From Aureliella sp. (lineage in GTDB: Bacteria; Planctomycetota; Planctomycetia; Pirellulales; Pirellulaceae): a stretch of 64,000 nt of DNA. The stretch's first letter is position 1. Each line of letters starts with the position of its first letter. A program made the translations under genes and the position numbers. Location: NCBI GenBank assembly GCA_963691875.1, contig OY829846.1, positions 3,680,001-3,744,000 on the forward strand, in the 5' to 3' direction. Below, piece by piece: positions 41,465 to 50,820 of this stretch. Under the pieces are notes generated by a model that did not search any database, was not told the origin of the DNA, and saw only the letters and a program-made list of their open reading frames with translations.

Positions 41465-43105
41465 TTATATTGCCGCACTCAATCGCTGGATCTCTTGGTT
41501 TAAGATACGGTCGTTGTCGGAATAGTCGACGGGTATGTCGATCAGGTGCACGCCTGGTTCGGCATGACACTCTGTCAATTTAGGCAGCAATTCGGCGGTT
41601 GACTCAATGCGATGCCCCTTCGCCCCGTAGCTGTCCGCGTACTTGACGAAGTCTGGATTGCCAAAGTCGAGGCCATAGTTCGGGAAGTTCATGTTGGCTT
41701 GCTTCCATTTGATCATCCCGTAAGCATCGTCGCGCAGAATCAGCACGACAATGTGTACTCCGAGCCGAACAGCTGTTTCAAGCTCTTGAGAGTTCATCAT
41801 GAAACCGCCGTCGCCGCAGATGGCAGTCACCGACTGGTCGGGATGAACCATCTTGGCTGCGATCGCCGACGGGAGACCAGCACCCATGGTGGCCAAGGCA
41901 TTATCAAGCAGCACTGTGTTGGGCGCATGAGCGCGATAATTACGCGCAAACCAGATCTTGTAGACACCATTGTCGAGAGCGAGGATGCCTGTGCCTTCTA
42001 CGGCTTTTCTTACATCTTTGACCAGTCTCTGAGGCAAAACTGGAAATCGATCATCGTCGCTGCCATCCAGTAGATGCGCGTCCATGTGTTTCTGGATTTC
42101 GCGGAAACGCGTGAAGTCCCAGTGCGGCTGCTTCTCGAGCGTTTCGTTCAGTTGCCAGATACTATTTGCGATATCGCCAATGACTTCTACTTGCGGAAAG
42201 TACACAGGATCGACGGCGGCACTAAAGAAGTTGACGTGTACGACCTTGACGCCATCGGCATGCATGAAGAAGGGAGGTTTCTCCACGACGTCGTGACCAA
42301 TATTGATGATGACATCGGCCGCTTCGATGGCGCGGTGCATGAAATCGCCTGATGACAAAGCCGCACAGCCGAGGAAAAGTGGGTGGGATTCGTCGAGAAC
42401 TCCCTTACCCATTTGCGTGCTGATGAAAGGAATCTCGTACTTGTCAACGAAGCTCCGCAGCATATTACAAGTCATCTTGCGATTTGCCCCAGCAGCTACG
42501 ATCAGCAATGGATGGTCTGCCTGCTGGATCAACTCCACCGCGGCTCGAATCGATTTCGCTTCAGAAGTTGGTCGACGCGTCAAACTGGCGGGAATCAGAG
42601 CTTCATCTGTATCTTCGGCAGCAACGTCTTCCGGCAATTCCAAATGAGTAGCGCCAGGTTTCTCTTCCTGTGCCAGTCGAAACGCTTCGCGAACGCGAGA
42701 GGGGATATTGGCAGCACCCACGATCTGACGAGTGTACTTAGTCAAAGGATCCATCATCGAAACGATATCGACAATCTGAAACTGACCTTGTTTGCTATGC
42801 TTGATCGGCTTCTGGCCAGTAATCATTAACATCGGCATACCTCCGAGTTGCGCATAGGACGCTGAAGTCACAAAGTTGGTGGCTCCTGGTCCAAGCGTCG
42901 AAAGGCACACTCCCGCTTTTCCAGTCAGTCGCCCGTAGGTAGCCGCCATGAAACCGGCAGCTTGTTCGATGCGCGTTAACACCAATTTGATGGAGGAGCG
43001 TGAGAGAGAGTCGAGGAAATCCAAGTTCTCCTCACCGGGGATACCGAATACGTACTCCACACCCTCGGCTTCCAACGCCTTGACGAACAGATCCGAAGCC
43101 TTCAT
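41465..43105 (-). CDS. Acetolactate synthase large-subunit-like ThDP enzyme
   Basis: FGIPGEENL, STLGPGATN, LATMGAGLP, GDGGFMMNSQELET, YGMIKWKQ. Start ATG 43105 after AAGGAA. Confidence 0.93.
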   Translation of the reverse strand: MKASDLFVKALEAEGVEYVFGIPGEENLDFLDSLSRSSIKLVLTRIEQAAGFMAATYGRLTGKAGVCLSTLGPGATNFVTSASYAQLGGMPMLMITGQKPIKHSKQGQFQIVDIVSMMDPLTKYTRQIVGAANIPSRVREAFRLAQEEKPGATHLELPEDVAAEDTDEALIPASLTRRPTSEAKSIRAAVELIQQADHPLLIVAAGANRKMTCNMLRSFVDKYEIPFISTQMGKGVLDESHPLFLGCAALSSGDFMHRAIEAADVIINIGHDVVEKPPFFMHADGVKVVHVNFFSAAVDPVYFPQVEVIGDIANSIWQLNETLEKQPHWDFTRFREIQKHMDAHLLDGSDDDRFPVLPQRLVKDVRKAVEGTGILALDNGVYKIWFARNYRAHAPNTVLLDNALATMGAGLPSAIAAKMVHPDQSVTAICGDGGFMMNSQELETAVRLGVHIVVLILRDDAYGMIKWKQANMNFPNYGLDFGNPDFVKYADSYGAKGHRIESTAELLPKLTECHAEPGVHLIDIPVDYSDNDRILNQEIQRLSAAI

Positions 43106-43361
43106 CCCAGTTCCTTTTTCCTGTGGAAAATTCGAAAACCGACAAGTTTGCGGGCAGCGAAGCAACCTACCAGATTCACCGAGCTTCTGAAATCCGAGCC
43201 CTACAGTAGTCGCCGATCGGAGTGTGAAACTATTGAGGAAGCCAGTGGATCAGAAGTTCAGGAGCCTACAAAAGGAGGGCGATTCTGGCGGGGTAAAAAA
43301 AACGAGGGCGCACGTAAGACTCACTTTCAGGCAAGCTCTCGCGTCCACCGTCTGGGGCGAG

Positions 43362-44807
43362 TTATCGGTAGATCGGACGCGTGCCGAACGGCGGCGGGGA
43401 AACGTAGGCCTTGGGGCGGTCTTTGGAAGATGCTTGCCACTGAAGAACACGAGGAAGCACCTTCTGTGGTGGCTGGTTCCTGGCTGTACTGCGTACGCTA
43501 GCACGGAATAACGGTGGCGATGTTGTTGCGGCAGCCGTGCTTTTTGTGGATGAATCCTTTTGCTTCGGGATCGGAACCATTTCCGGTGTGCGGATCGGTT
43601 TTCCTCCAGTCGGTGCTAAGGCGAATTCCGTAGGCTGCTCGGCGCCGGCTAGCATCGGGATCTCAGTTCGTGGGGGGGCAGAGACGGCAGAAGTTGTCCC
43701 CTCGTTGTTCAAAAGGCGTCGCTTGTACCAACTTAGCTCTCCGTTGGCGTCTGCCCCAACAATCGGCTGGTTTTTCTTGCTAACAGCAAGAGAGACAGGG
43801 GCCGGATCTGTGTTGCCAATCGCGAACTTCACTTTGCCGTCTAGCTGGCGATCGCGAAACGAATTGGATGCGAGAACTGCAGGCGTCATCGACTGCGACA
43901 CATTTTGCAGTTTTGGTGAGTAAGCGAGCAGGTCACTTGGGCTGCCATCGATCAGCCAGTCATTCCAGAGCTTCTGAAACTGACCGATACTGCGGTAGTC
44001 GTAATGTCGCTTGAGAGCTTGAGTCCAATTACCACTCGACATTCCGCTCTCGAGAAACCGCACGAACTCTTGCGGGCTACTCTGGTCGATCAGGAACTGC
44101 ACGGCCGAGTGTCCTTGTGCATAGAGCGGCAGGATATCTTGCGGATACTCCTTGAGCGCGAACATGCGGTTGAAGGCGAGTCCACGTCCGGTTTCCAGGA
44201 ACTGTCTCAGATAGTGGCGATGCTTCTTCTTCTCGGACTCATGTTCGACTGTCGTGCAAGCGCCTTCGTCGGCCCAGCGGGGAACGAACTTTCCGCGCTG
44301 AGCGTACTTGGCGAAATGGCTAGCTAGGATCGTATGCGAGATTTCGTGTGGGAGCACGCTGTCCAAGATACGTTCTCGAGAGCCGTCGACGGCCATCTTC
44401 CAATTTCCGACACCCATGGCCGTCGGGCCAAATTCGGTGCGACCACTTGCGCCGAGATGTGGCGCCGCGGTAACATGCACTGGGCAGCGTTCAGACCAAG
44501 GCGGCAATTCCTTGCCGAGCCAATGGATAGCCAGCTCGCGGCGGAATTGTTCCGCGGCGTTCAAAACCTCTTGAGCTAGCTGAGGTGAAGCTGCAAAGAC
44601 GAGAAAGTTTTCGCCGTTTGCAACATACTGCGCTGGCTGAGGCCGGACGACGGGCATGTGCATGGGAACTTGCGCATATTGAGCTTGCAGTTTGGGACTG
44701 AGGGCGAGCGAAATAACCAACACGATGCTGGCTGGAAAGGGGAGTGGTCGTGGCTCAAGACGGCCACAGCGCAGGAAGTGCGCAAGGCGACTGGTACGAG
44801 CTTCCAT
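43362..44807 (-). CDS. Secreted HEXXH (zincin/peptidase MA-like) protein with a low-complexity C-terminus
   Basis: VLPHEISHTIL, PRWADEG, YAQGHSAVQFL. Confidence 0.75.
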   Translation of the reverse strand: MEARTSRLAHFLRCGRLEPRPLPFPASIVLVISLALSPKLQAQYAQVPMHMPVVRPQPAQYVANGENFLVFAASPQLAQEVLNAAEQFRRELAIHWLGKELPPWSERCPVHVTAAPHLGASGRTEFGPTAMGVGNWKMAVDGSRERILDSVLPHEISHTILASHFAKYAQRGKFVPRWADEGACTTVEHESEKKKHRHYLRQFLETGRGLAFNRMFALKEYPQDILPLYAQGHSAVQFLIDQSSPQEFVRFLESGMSSGNWTQALKRHYDYRSIGQFQKLWNDWLIDGSPSDLLAYSPKLQNVSQSMTPAVLASNSFRDRQLDGKVKFAIGNTDPAPVSLAVSKKNQPIVGADANGELSWYKRRLLNNEGTTSAVSAPPRTEIPMLAGAEQPTEFALAPTGGKPIRTPEMVPIPKQKDSSTKSTAAATTSPPLFRASVRSTARNQPPQKVLPRVLQWQASSKDRPKAYVSPPPFGTRPIYR

Positions 44808-45221
44808 GCTCGATGACTCCTTGAATGTCGATTCGGGTCTAACTCAGTGTTCGCCCATCCAACAGCAATCCTCCTGATTGCTAAATCTCGGATACGGAGT
44901 CGTAGATGAACCAACATTTAAAGGGAGGCAAAGTCTTCGCATCCCAACGATCTGGCGATTTCCACCGTCTGGGGCTTCGCTACTGAGCTTGGTGAGTCTA
45001 GGAAAAGAAACTAATCGCTCGAAAGGTCAATCCAACGCTAGCAGTTGGAAGCAGCAGTAATCTGGTGACACTGCCAATTCTCGCAATCGATAAAACCCGC
45101 ATCGACGCAATGATTGTTGTTTTTTCGCAACATCGCTATGCGACCAGGAGGAGTGCGTGATTTCAGCAGATGCTAGCTTTTGTCAGCTCTTTTAGCTGTG
45201 TTTTCCCGAAACCGAGATCCT

Positions 45222-46955
45222 ATGTCTACTCAAGCCAATCAAAGCTGGAATCAGTTTCTCCGATCAAATTTTCGCTTGGGCCGACTCACCAATCCTCGTT
45301 TGGCGGCCTGGATGTTGACTGCTCTCGGAGCCGGATTTCTGGCTTACGTCTCCCGCGTGCATGAGATCACGCACGACTTGTTTCACGAGATGTCGCTCTT
45401 TCGAGAAGCCTTGGTGCGAGGTGATTTTCCCGAGCAGGAAGTCTTCGCCTACACCGACACGGTCAATCCGTCCGTTCACCATGAGTGGGGTACCGGTGCG
45501 ATTGCCTACTTCGCCACGATTGGCTCCGGCTTTGGGCTTACAGGGCTGATTGCATTGAAACTAACGTTGATGGCCGCACTCTGGTTGATGCTTTATCGCG
45601 TCGCACGGCTTCGAGGAGCACACCCCTACATTTTCGCTTTGGTCGCCTTCTTCTGCTTTCCGGTTTTCTGGGTCGGCTTTGCTACCGTTCGCGCCCAGCT
45701 ATTCACGATGGTCGCCATAGCAGCACAACTATGGATGCAGGAACTCGACTGGCGTGGCAAACGAAGCTGGGTCTTTGCCTGGTTGTTGATGCTCGTTGCA
45801 TGGCTCAATATCCATGCAGGCTTCGTCGTCGGCCTAGGGATGATCGCCTTTCATAGCATCGAGAGGTTTGGATTCGCGTGGTGTGACTCACGATCGCTGA
45901 AAAAAACTTTTCTAGCTATTTGGCACTTGGTAGCTGCTGCACCGATAGCGGCAATTTGTTGTTTGATCAATCCATACGGATGGCAATATATACCTTATCT
46001 GATCCGCGCGATTTCGATGGAACGTCCGTTGATTCAAGAGTGGTTGCCGCTGTGGCACACCCATGATCCGGTCAACACGATTGCTCTGTTTGCGATCAGT
46101 TTGGCTTTGGTCTTTTACGCGATCCGTCACAATCCTTGGCGTCGCGTTCGAGGAGCCGCCTTCTTGTTCCTATCCGCCTACATGGCTTTGAAACACATTC
46201 GCCATGGCTCGATCTTTGGGGTGGTCTGGCTGGCTTATCTGCCGGCCTGGTTAAGTCGTACTGCAATGGGTAAGAACTTGGTTGCCTGGATCGATTCACA
46301 GCCTCGCCTGTTTACACGAGTCAGCCAAGGCCTAGTGGCGACCTCGATGGTTTTTGCTTGCTATCATCATTTCTGGCGTCCGACCCTACCGCCTCAGCCA
46401 CTTTACTCTTCGGCCAGCTATCCAAGTGATGCGATCAAATACTTGCGCGAGAGTCACTTCGAAGGTAACTTGATGACACCCTTCCACGTCGGGGCGTACG
46501 TTTCTTGGGAAATGTACCCCGAAGTTCGCGTTAGCTTTGATGGCCGCTACGAAGTGGCATACCAAGACCACATGATGGACGAGCATCAGTTGTTCTACGA
46601 TGGCAATGAAGGCTGGGAAAAGATTCCTGCGAACTATCCCGCTACCGATGCGATTCTGATTCACAAGCAGGCGAAGCTCTTCGAGCAGTTTGGCGCCGCT
46701 GACGATGACAATTCGCTGGGCGACACAGACCGGCGGCTAGCGTCAAAGCAACTCGTCAAAGAATGGCAGCGACAATGGCAAGTTCGTTACGAAGACGATG
46801 CCTTCATGCTACTGGCTCAGCCTGATTCCAGCTTGCCCAAAGTCGATCGTCGCGGCGAGCCGATTCTCGACGCTGCTGCACGGACATTCACGCAGCGCCA
46901 TTCGCACTGGAATCGCTGGGAACGAAACGAGTTGGCGTCACGTCCCACAGAGTAG
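45222..46955 (+). CDS. Polytopic membrane protein, putative GT-C-type glycosyltransferase
   Basis: Many TM segments, DLFHEM, HHEWG, WLNIHAGF, INPYG, IQEW, SFDGRYE. Function inferred. Confidence 0.65.
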   Translation: MSTQANQSWNQFLRSNFRLGRLTNPRLAAWMLTALGAGFLAYVSRVHEITHDLFHEMSLFREALVRGDFPEQEVFAYTDTVNPSVHHEWGTGAIAYFATIGSGFGLTGLIALKLTLMAALWLMLYRVARLRGAHPYIFALVAFFCFPVFWVGFATVRAQLFTMVAIAAQLWMQELDWRGKRSWVFAWLLMLVAWLNIHAGFVVGLGMIAFHSIERFGFAWCDSRSLKKTFLAIWHLVAAAPIAAICCLINPYGWQYIPYLIRAISMERPLIQEWLPLWHTHDPVNTIALFAISLALVFYAIRHNPWRRVRGAAFLFLSAYMALKHIRHGSIFGVVWLAYLPAWLSRTAMGKNLVAWIDSQPRLFTRVSQGLVATSMVFACYHHFWRPTLPPQPLYSSASYPSDAIKYLRESHFEGNLMTPFHVGAYVSWEMYPEVRVSFDGRYEVAYQDHMMDEHQLFYDGNEGWEKIPANYPATDAILIHKQAKLFEQFGAADDDNSLGDTDRRLASKQLVKEWQRQWQVRYEDDAFMLLAQPDSSLPKVDRRGEPILDAAARTFTQRHSHWNRWERNELASRPTE

Positions 46956-46984
46956 GGTTCGTAGCCCCACTTGCCTTGCTCCGA

Positions 46985-47007
46985 AGAGTGGGATTCGCCG
47001 GAATCCC
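46985..47007. repeat. Single REP-like unit
   Basis: AGAGTGGGATTCGCCGGAATCCC, same family as the 41372 copy, between convergent genes. Confidence 0.55.
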
Positions 47008-47032
47008 TCATCTCGAATTGATAAACTTCTGG

Positions 47033-48889
47033 CTAGCTCGCCTTATCCGCTGCTTCTTGGTGTTCTATACGTTTGCGATTGTAAGCGTCAATCGTATCTT
47101 TGTGCCGGATGACTCCGAGTACTCGCTGGGCGTTCCCTTCCTCGACAACAGGAAGTTCATCAACGTTCAGCGAAGTGAACTTGGACAAAGTCGTATTCAA
47201 GTCATCGCTGGGGGTAACGGTAACAACTTTGGTTGTCATCACGTCGCCGGCATTCGCGATCTCCCAGATCGTGTCATCGTAGAGATAAGACCGCACGTCC
47301 TCGGTCGAAAAGATGCCGACCATGTTCTTATTCTCATCGACAACCGGGAAATATCTCTGCGAAGTCTTGTCGAACAGATGCACGATCTCGTTAAGGCTAC
47401 GCCCCTCATGGACTAGCTGCAAATCATCGTCATCATGCTGGTACACGTCACCGACGGACATGCCTTCGAGGACATCGATGATAAAATCACCGCGGTGTGC
47501 GGGTGAATCCAAGCGGGTCGGGACTTGTTTCTCGTAGAGCGTCCACTTGCGCATCAACAGAAAGCACAGCGTCGAAACCCACATGGCTGGGAGAAGCAGG
47601 CTGTAGCTGCCCGTCATCTCGGTGACCATCAAGATCGTCGAGAAAGGAGCTCGAGCGCAACCAGCAAAGAAACCCGCCATCCCGACGACGGCGAAGGTCG
47701 CAGGTTGGGTAACAATCTGAGGCCACAGGGTACCCAACCATTTGCCGACCGCACCACCCATGCAACCGCCGATGACCATCGACGGACCAAAGACACCGCC
47801 AGAGCCTCCCGATGCAATAGTTAGTGACGTCGTGAAGATCTTCAGTAGTGCCACGATTAGCAAAGTTGAAATTGCAATGTCGCCTACGTTCGAAAAGGCT
47901 GACTGAAGCATTCCGTAGCCACCGCCCAGTGTCGCCAGCGATGATTCGTCCTTGCCCATCAGGTAGTAGACGCCGAGACCAACGATTCCTGCCAGCAAGC
48001 CACCAACCGCCGCTTTAACGAAGACGGGGACCTTGATTGCATCGAAGATCGCGTGCGTCCAAGAAAAAGTCTTGATGTAGAGCACTCCGGACAACACCAA
48101 CGTGATTGCAAGAATCGCATAAGGAATCAACTCGAGCGGTGTGTGAAACGCGAAGTCCAGCTCGTTGCCGAAAAGTGGCATGAAGCGGTATTCCGGCGGA
48201 AGCGAAAAACAGAACACCGAATAGGCCACGGTCGATGCAACTGCTGCAGGCATGATTACGTCGGCCTCGAACTCGGCGTCGCGGTACAAAATCTCACCAG
48301 CGAAAAGAGCACCCGCCAAAGGAGCCCGAAAGATGGCGCCTACACCTGCGCCCATTCCCGCAGCTAGTAGGATTCGTCGGTCGCGTGCCGAGAGCTTCAT
48401 CGCACTTGCCAGCACTGACCCAACACCAGCACCAATCTGAGCAATGGGTCCTTCGCGTCCAGCCGAACCTCCCGTCCCGAGTGTGATGGCCGAGGCAATG
48501 GTTTTGACGATCGGAGTTCGTAGGGAGATCTCGCCCCGCTTGTTGTGAAAGGCATCAATCGCTGCGTCGGTACCGTGGCCTGATGCCTCTGGAGCGAACT
48601 GCCAAGCCAGCCAACCTGCGATAAGTCCTCCGACTGTGAGCAGTAGCACCAAACGCAAAGGACTTAGTTCTGCATGCACTTCCGGAAAGGGTGAGTAGTC
48701 TGCTACGGCTTCGTGAGCGGGAAAACCGGCAACGAGTCCAAGCCCCAGATACTGGCAGAGCTGTACAACGGTCTGAAAAGCAATCGCTCCCAGGCCAGCC
48801 GCGATACCGATCAGCGCAGAAAGCACCAGCCACTTCCCAGCAGCGGGCATTTCCATTTCACGGACGAAAGAAAGAACTTTGCGATTCAC
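47033..48889 (-). CDS. ClC chloride channel/H+ antiporter with two CBS domains
   Basis: SGHGTD, GGSAGREGP, FRAPLAGALF, GGSGGVFGPS, C-terminal CBS pair. Confidence 0.95.
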   Translation of the reverse strand: MNRKVLSFVREMEMPAAGKWLVLSALIGIAAGLGAIAFQTVVQLCQYLGLGLVAGFPAHEAVADYSPFPEVHAELSPLRLVLLLTVGGLIAGWLAWQFAPEASGHGTDAAIDAFHNKRGEISLRTPIVKTIASAITLGTGGSAGREGPIAQIGAGVGSVLASAMKLSARDRRILLAAGMGAGVGAIFRAPLAGALFAGEILYRDAEFEADVIMPAAVASTVAYSVFCFSLPPEYRFMPLFGNELDFAFHTPLELIPYAILAITLVLSGVLYIKTFSWTHAIFDAIKVPVFVKAAVGGLLAGIVGLGVYYLMGKDESSLATLGGGYGMLQSAFSNVGDIAISTLLIVALLKIFTTSLTIASGGSGGVFGPSMVIGGCMGGAVGKWLGTLWPQIVTQPATFAVVGMAGFFAGCARAPFSTILMVTEMTGSYSLLLPAMWVSTLCFLLMRKWTLYEKQVPTRLDSPAHRGDFIIDVLEGMSVGDVYQHDDDDLQLVHEGRSLNEIVHLFDKTSQRYFPVVDENKNMVGIFSTEDVRSYLYDDTIWEIANAGDVMTTKVVTVTPSDDLNTTLSKFTSLNVDELPVVEEGNAQRVLGVIRHKDTIDAYNRKRIEHQEAADKAS

Positions 48890-49055
48890 AGTCGGCTTGC
48901 CACAAGGCCACGGTAGCAGTTCCTACCGCAGAATTTATCGAAGCTCCAATTCTAGTGCGAATCGACCCCTTGCCTAGCGCAACCGCTGTACCTGTTCCGA
49001 TCTGAAAAGAGCCACAGTAGAGTAGTAGCAAATGTGTGTTCGAATCAGTCGCTTG

Positions 49056-49877
49056 CTAAGAGATTTCTGTCAAAGCGGACTGCATGTTCTTCATACTTTG
49101 CTGGCAGATTTCCTCGATGCCCGGTGCATAGTCAAAAACTTCAACGCTGACCCAGCCCGGGTACTCCACATCCTTCAGTGCTTGAAAAATGGGCTCGAAT
49201 GGCACATCCCCCATTCCTGGTCCGAGCAGATTCGGATCGTTGGCGTGGAAATGGACCATATGCTCGGCGTTGGCCCGAATCACATTCGCTATGGGCTGTG
49301 GCTCCGTACTCATCGCCTTTACATCTAAATGCAACTTTACGTTGGGCGAAGCGAGCCGTTCAATAACCGCCACCGTTTGCGATGCTTCGTTCCAGTAGTT
49401 ACCTTCTCCGGGCCCGAGCGGTTCAAGAGCCAAGGTGACGTCGTGCTTTTCGAGGACTGGCACGACTTTTTCCAGTACAGTCAGAGCATTGTCATCGGCT
49501 TGTTCGTGTGTCATCGATTCGGGAAAATTTCGCTGATGCGGAGATCCCAGTACCATGACACTTCCGGTCAGATCTCGGCATAGGCGAACAAGATCACCCA
49601 GGTAAGCTGCCGTTCGCTCTCGGACACTGGCGTCGTCCGTAGTCAGATGAAAGCCTTCGGTCTTGGCAAGTAGCCAGTGCAAACCCACGACTTCGGTATC
49701 TGCCTTGCGAATCGTCTCGGCTAGCTCCTGTCGCTTCCTCGCCGAGACACCAGTTGGATCACCGCCAAGCGTGAAAGGAGCAATCTCCCAACCTGTGTAG
49801 CCGAGTTTGCTGGATAGTTCCAAGGACTTTTCCCAGGGCCAGTCCTGAAAGAGCTCATTGCAGATAGCGAATTTCAT
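49056..49877 (-). CDS. Sugar phosphate isomerase/epimerase (AP endonuclease 2 TIM barrel; ketose 3-epimerase-like)
   Basis: ALEPL, HLDVKAM, HFHAND, GPGMG, WVSVEVF. Confidence 0.9.
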   Translation of the reverse strand: MKFAICNELFQDWPWEKSLELSSKLGYTGWEIAPFTLGGDPTGVSARKRQELAETIRKADTEVVGLHWLLAKTEGFHLTTDDASVRERTAAYLGDLVRLCRDLTGSVMVLGSPHQRNFPESMTHEQADDNALTVLEKVVPVLEKHDVTLALEPLGPGEGNYWNEASQTVAVIERLASPNVKLHLDVKAMSTEPQPIANVIRANAEHMVHFHANDPNLLGPGMGDVPFEPIFQALKDVEYPGWVSVEVFDYAPGIEEICQQSMKNMQSALTEIS

Positions 49878-50072
49878 ACTTGTTCCAAAAGTCGTTAGAT
49901 CTAGGGTCTGAGGTAGAGGTTCCGCATTATAACGCCACGTCGCTCACGGAATAATAATCACGACCAGCGAGAACTTGCGAGAGCGAAATCAATCAGCGCG
50001 GTAGCCTGATGAGACAAAACAACTCGGAGGCATGCTCCGGGATTCCTAGCCTCATCCACTACCTCGCTTGCA

Positions 50073-50515
50073 TTACGGCCTCGCAATGCAGGCGGGCGAC
50101 TCCTTGGCAATCATCAACTGCTCTCCGCCGGCATCCCAGACTAGGCACAATTTGATACCATCTGTCGGACTGTGGCCGACCATCGAAGTGGAAAGCGGCG
50201 CGAAGAACTGCGATTCGATAGCTTGCTGCAGTAGACCCGCGTCAAGGTCACTTTGGAAACCGACTGTTGCCAAGTGCTCCACCCATTCGTCGCTCCAGCT
50301 AAGCTTGCGACTGCATCGGAACAATCCTCTGCGTCGGCATAGATCGCGCAGCTCTTTCTCGGTAATGGCCCGCCTGAATTCGGCAGACAGCGGCAAAAAG
50401 GCGATGATGTCATCCAGGCGTTTGAAGCCCCGCGCACAGCCCTGAAGTAGTCGACCTAATTGCCGTCTCCAAAACCGGCAGCCGTGTTACGGCGCGCGCC
50501 GTAAGTTTGAAATTG
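50073..50515 (-). pseudogene. Remnant of a ClpA/ClpB-type AAA+ ATPase C-terminus
   Basis: Across frames: SNL/GARRNTAAGFGDGN*VDYFRAVRG, then KRLDDIIAFLPLS...ITEKELRDLCRRRGL...WSDEWVEHLATVGF...LQQAIESQFFAPL (D2-small-like). Confidence 0.65.
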
Positions 50516-50561
50516 CGTTAACTTTCCCTTCCGTTTGCGGGCGAACTAAGCAAATTCAATT

Positions 50562-50702
50562 CTAGGCGTCGGTACCCGCGGCCGGAAGCGTTGAATCGGC
50601 CCCTCTCCGCTCGCCGACCAACTAAGCGTCGGTGCCCGTGGTGACTCTCCCCTGGAAGAATAAGGTGCATTTGACCTTCTTAGAGGCCCCCAACGACTGA
50701 CG
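50562..50702 (+). ncRNA. Candidate tandem structured RNA element (unassigned)
   Basis: Two units 60 nt apart begin CTARGCGTCGGTRCCCGYGG (17/20 identical). Each closes a stem (GTCGGT/GCCGAC; CGTCGGT/ACTGACG) around inner hairpins. G-U pairs favour the + strand. Confidence 0.4.
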
Positions 50703-50820
50703 ACTTCGGGAACAAAGCTTGTAATCCCTACTGAGCTAATCAGAATGAACCTCGATTTGTGGCCTACACTTTTTTGGTAATTCAGCCCGTTTCACCGAGA
50801 ATCGACCATTGAGGAACCTC

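Noticed and set aside
50004..50035. Hammerhead ribozyme (CTGATGAG)
   Set aside because: No GAAA after a proper stem II. The sequence instead fits an ordinary long hairpin (GATGAG/CTCATC).
50562..50641. CRISPR array
   Set aside because: Only two imperfect 20-nt repeats, and no cas genes in the window.
50537..50740. 6S RNA, tmRNA, SRP, RNase P, or ZTP/glycine/c-di-GMP riboswitch identity for the tandem element
   Set aside because: The diagnostic conserved cores were not found by eye, so it is left unassigned.
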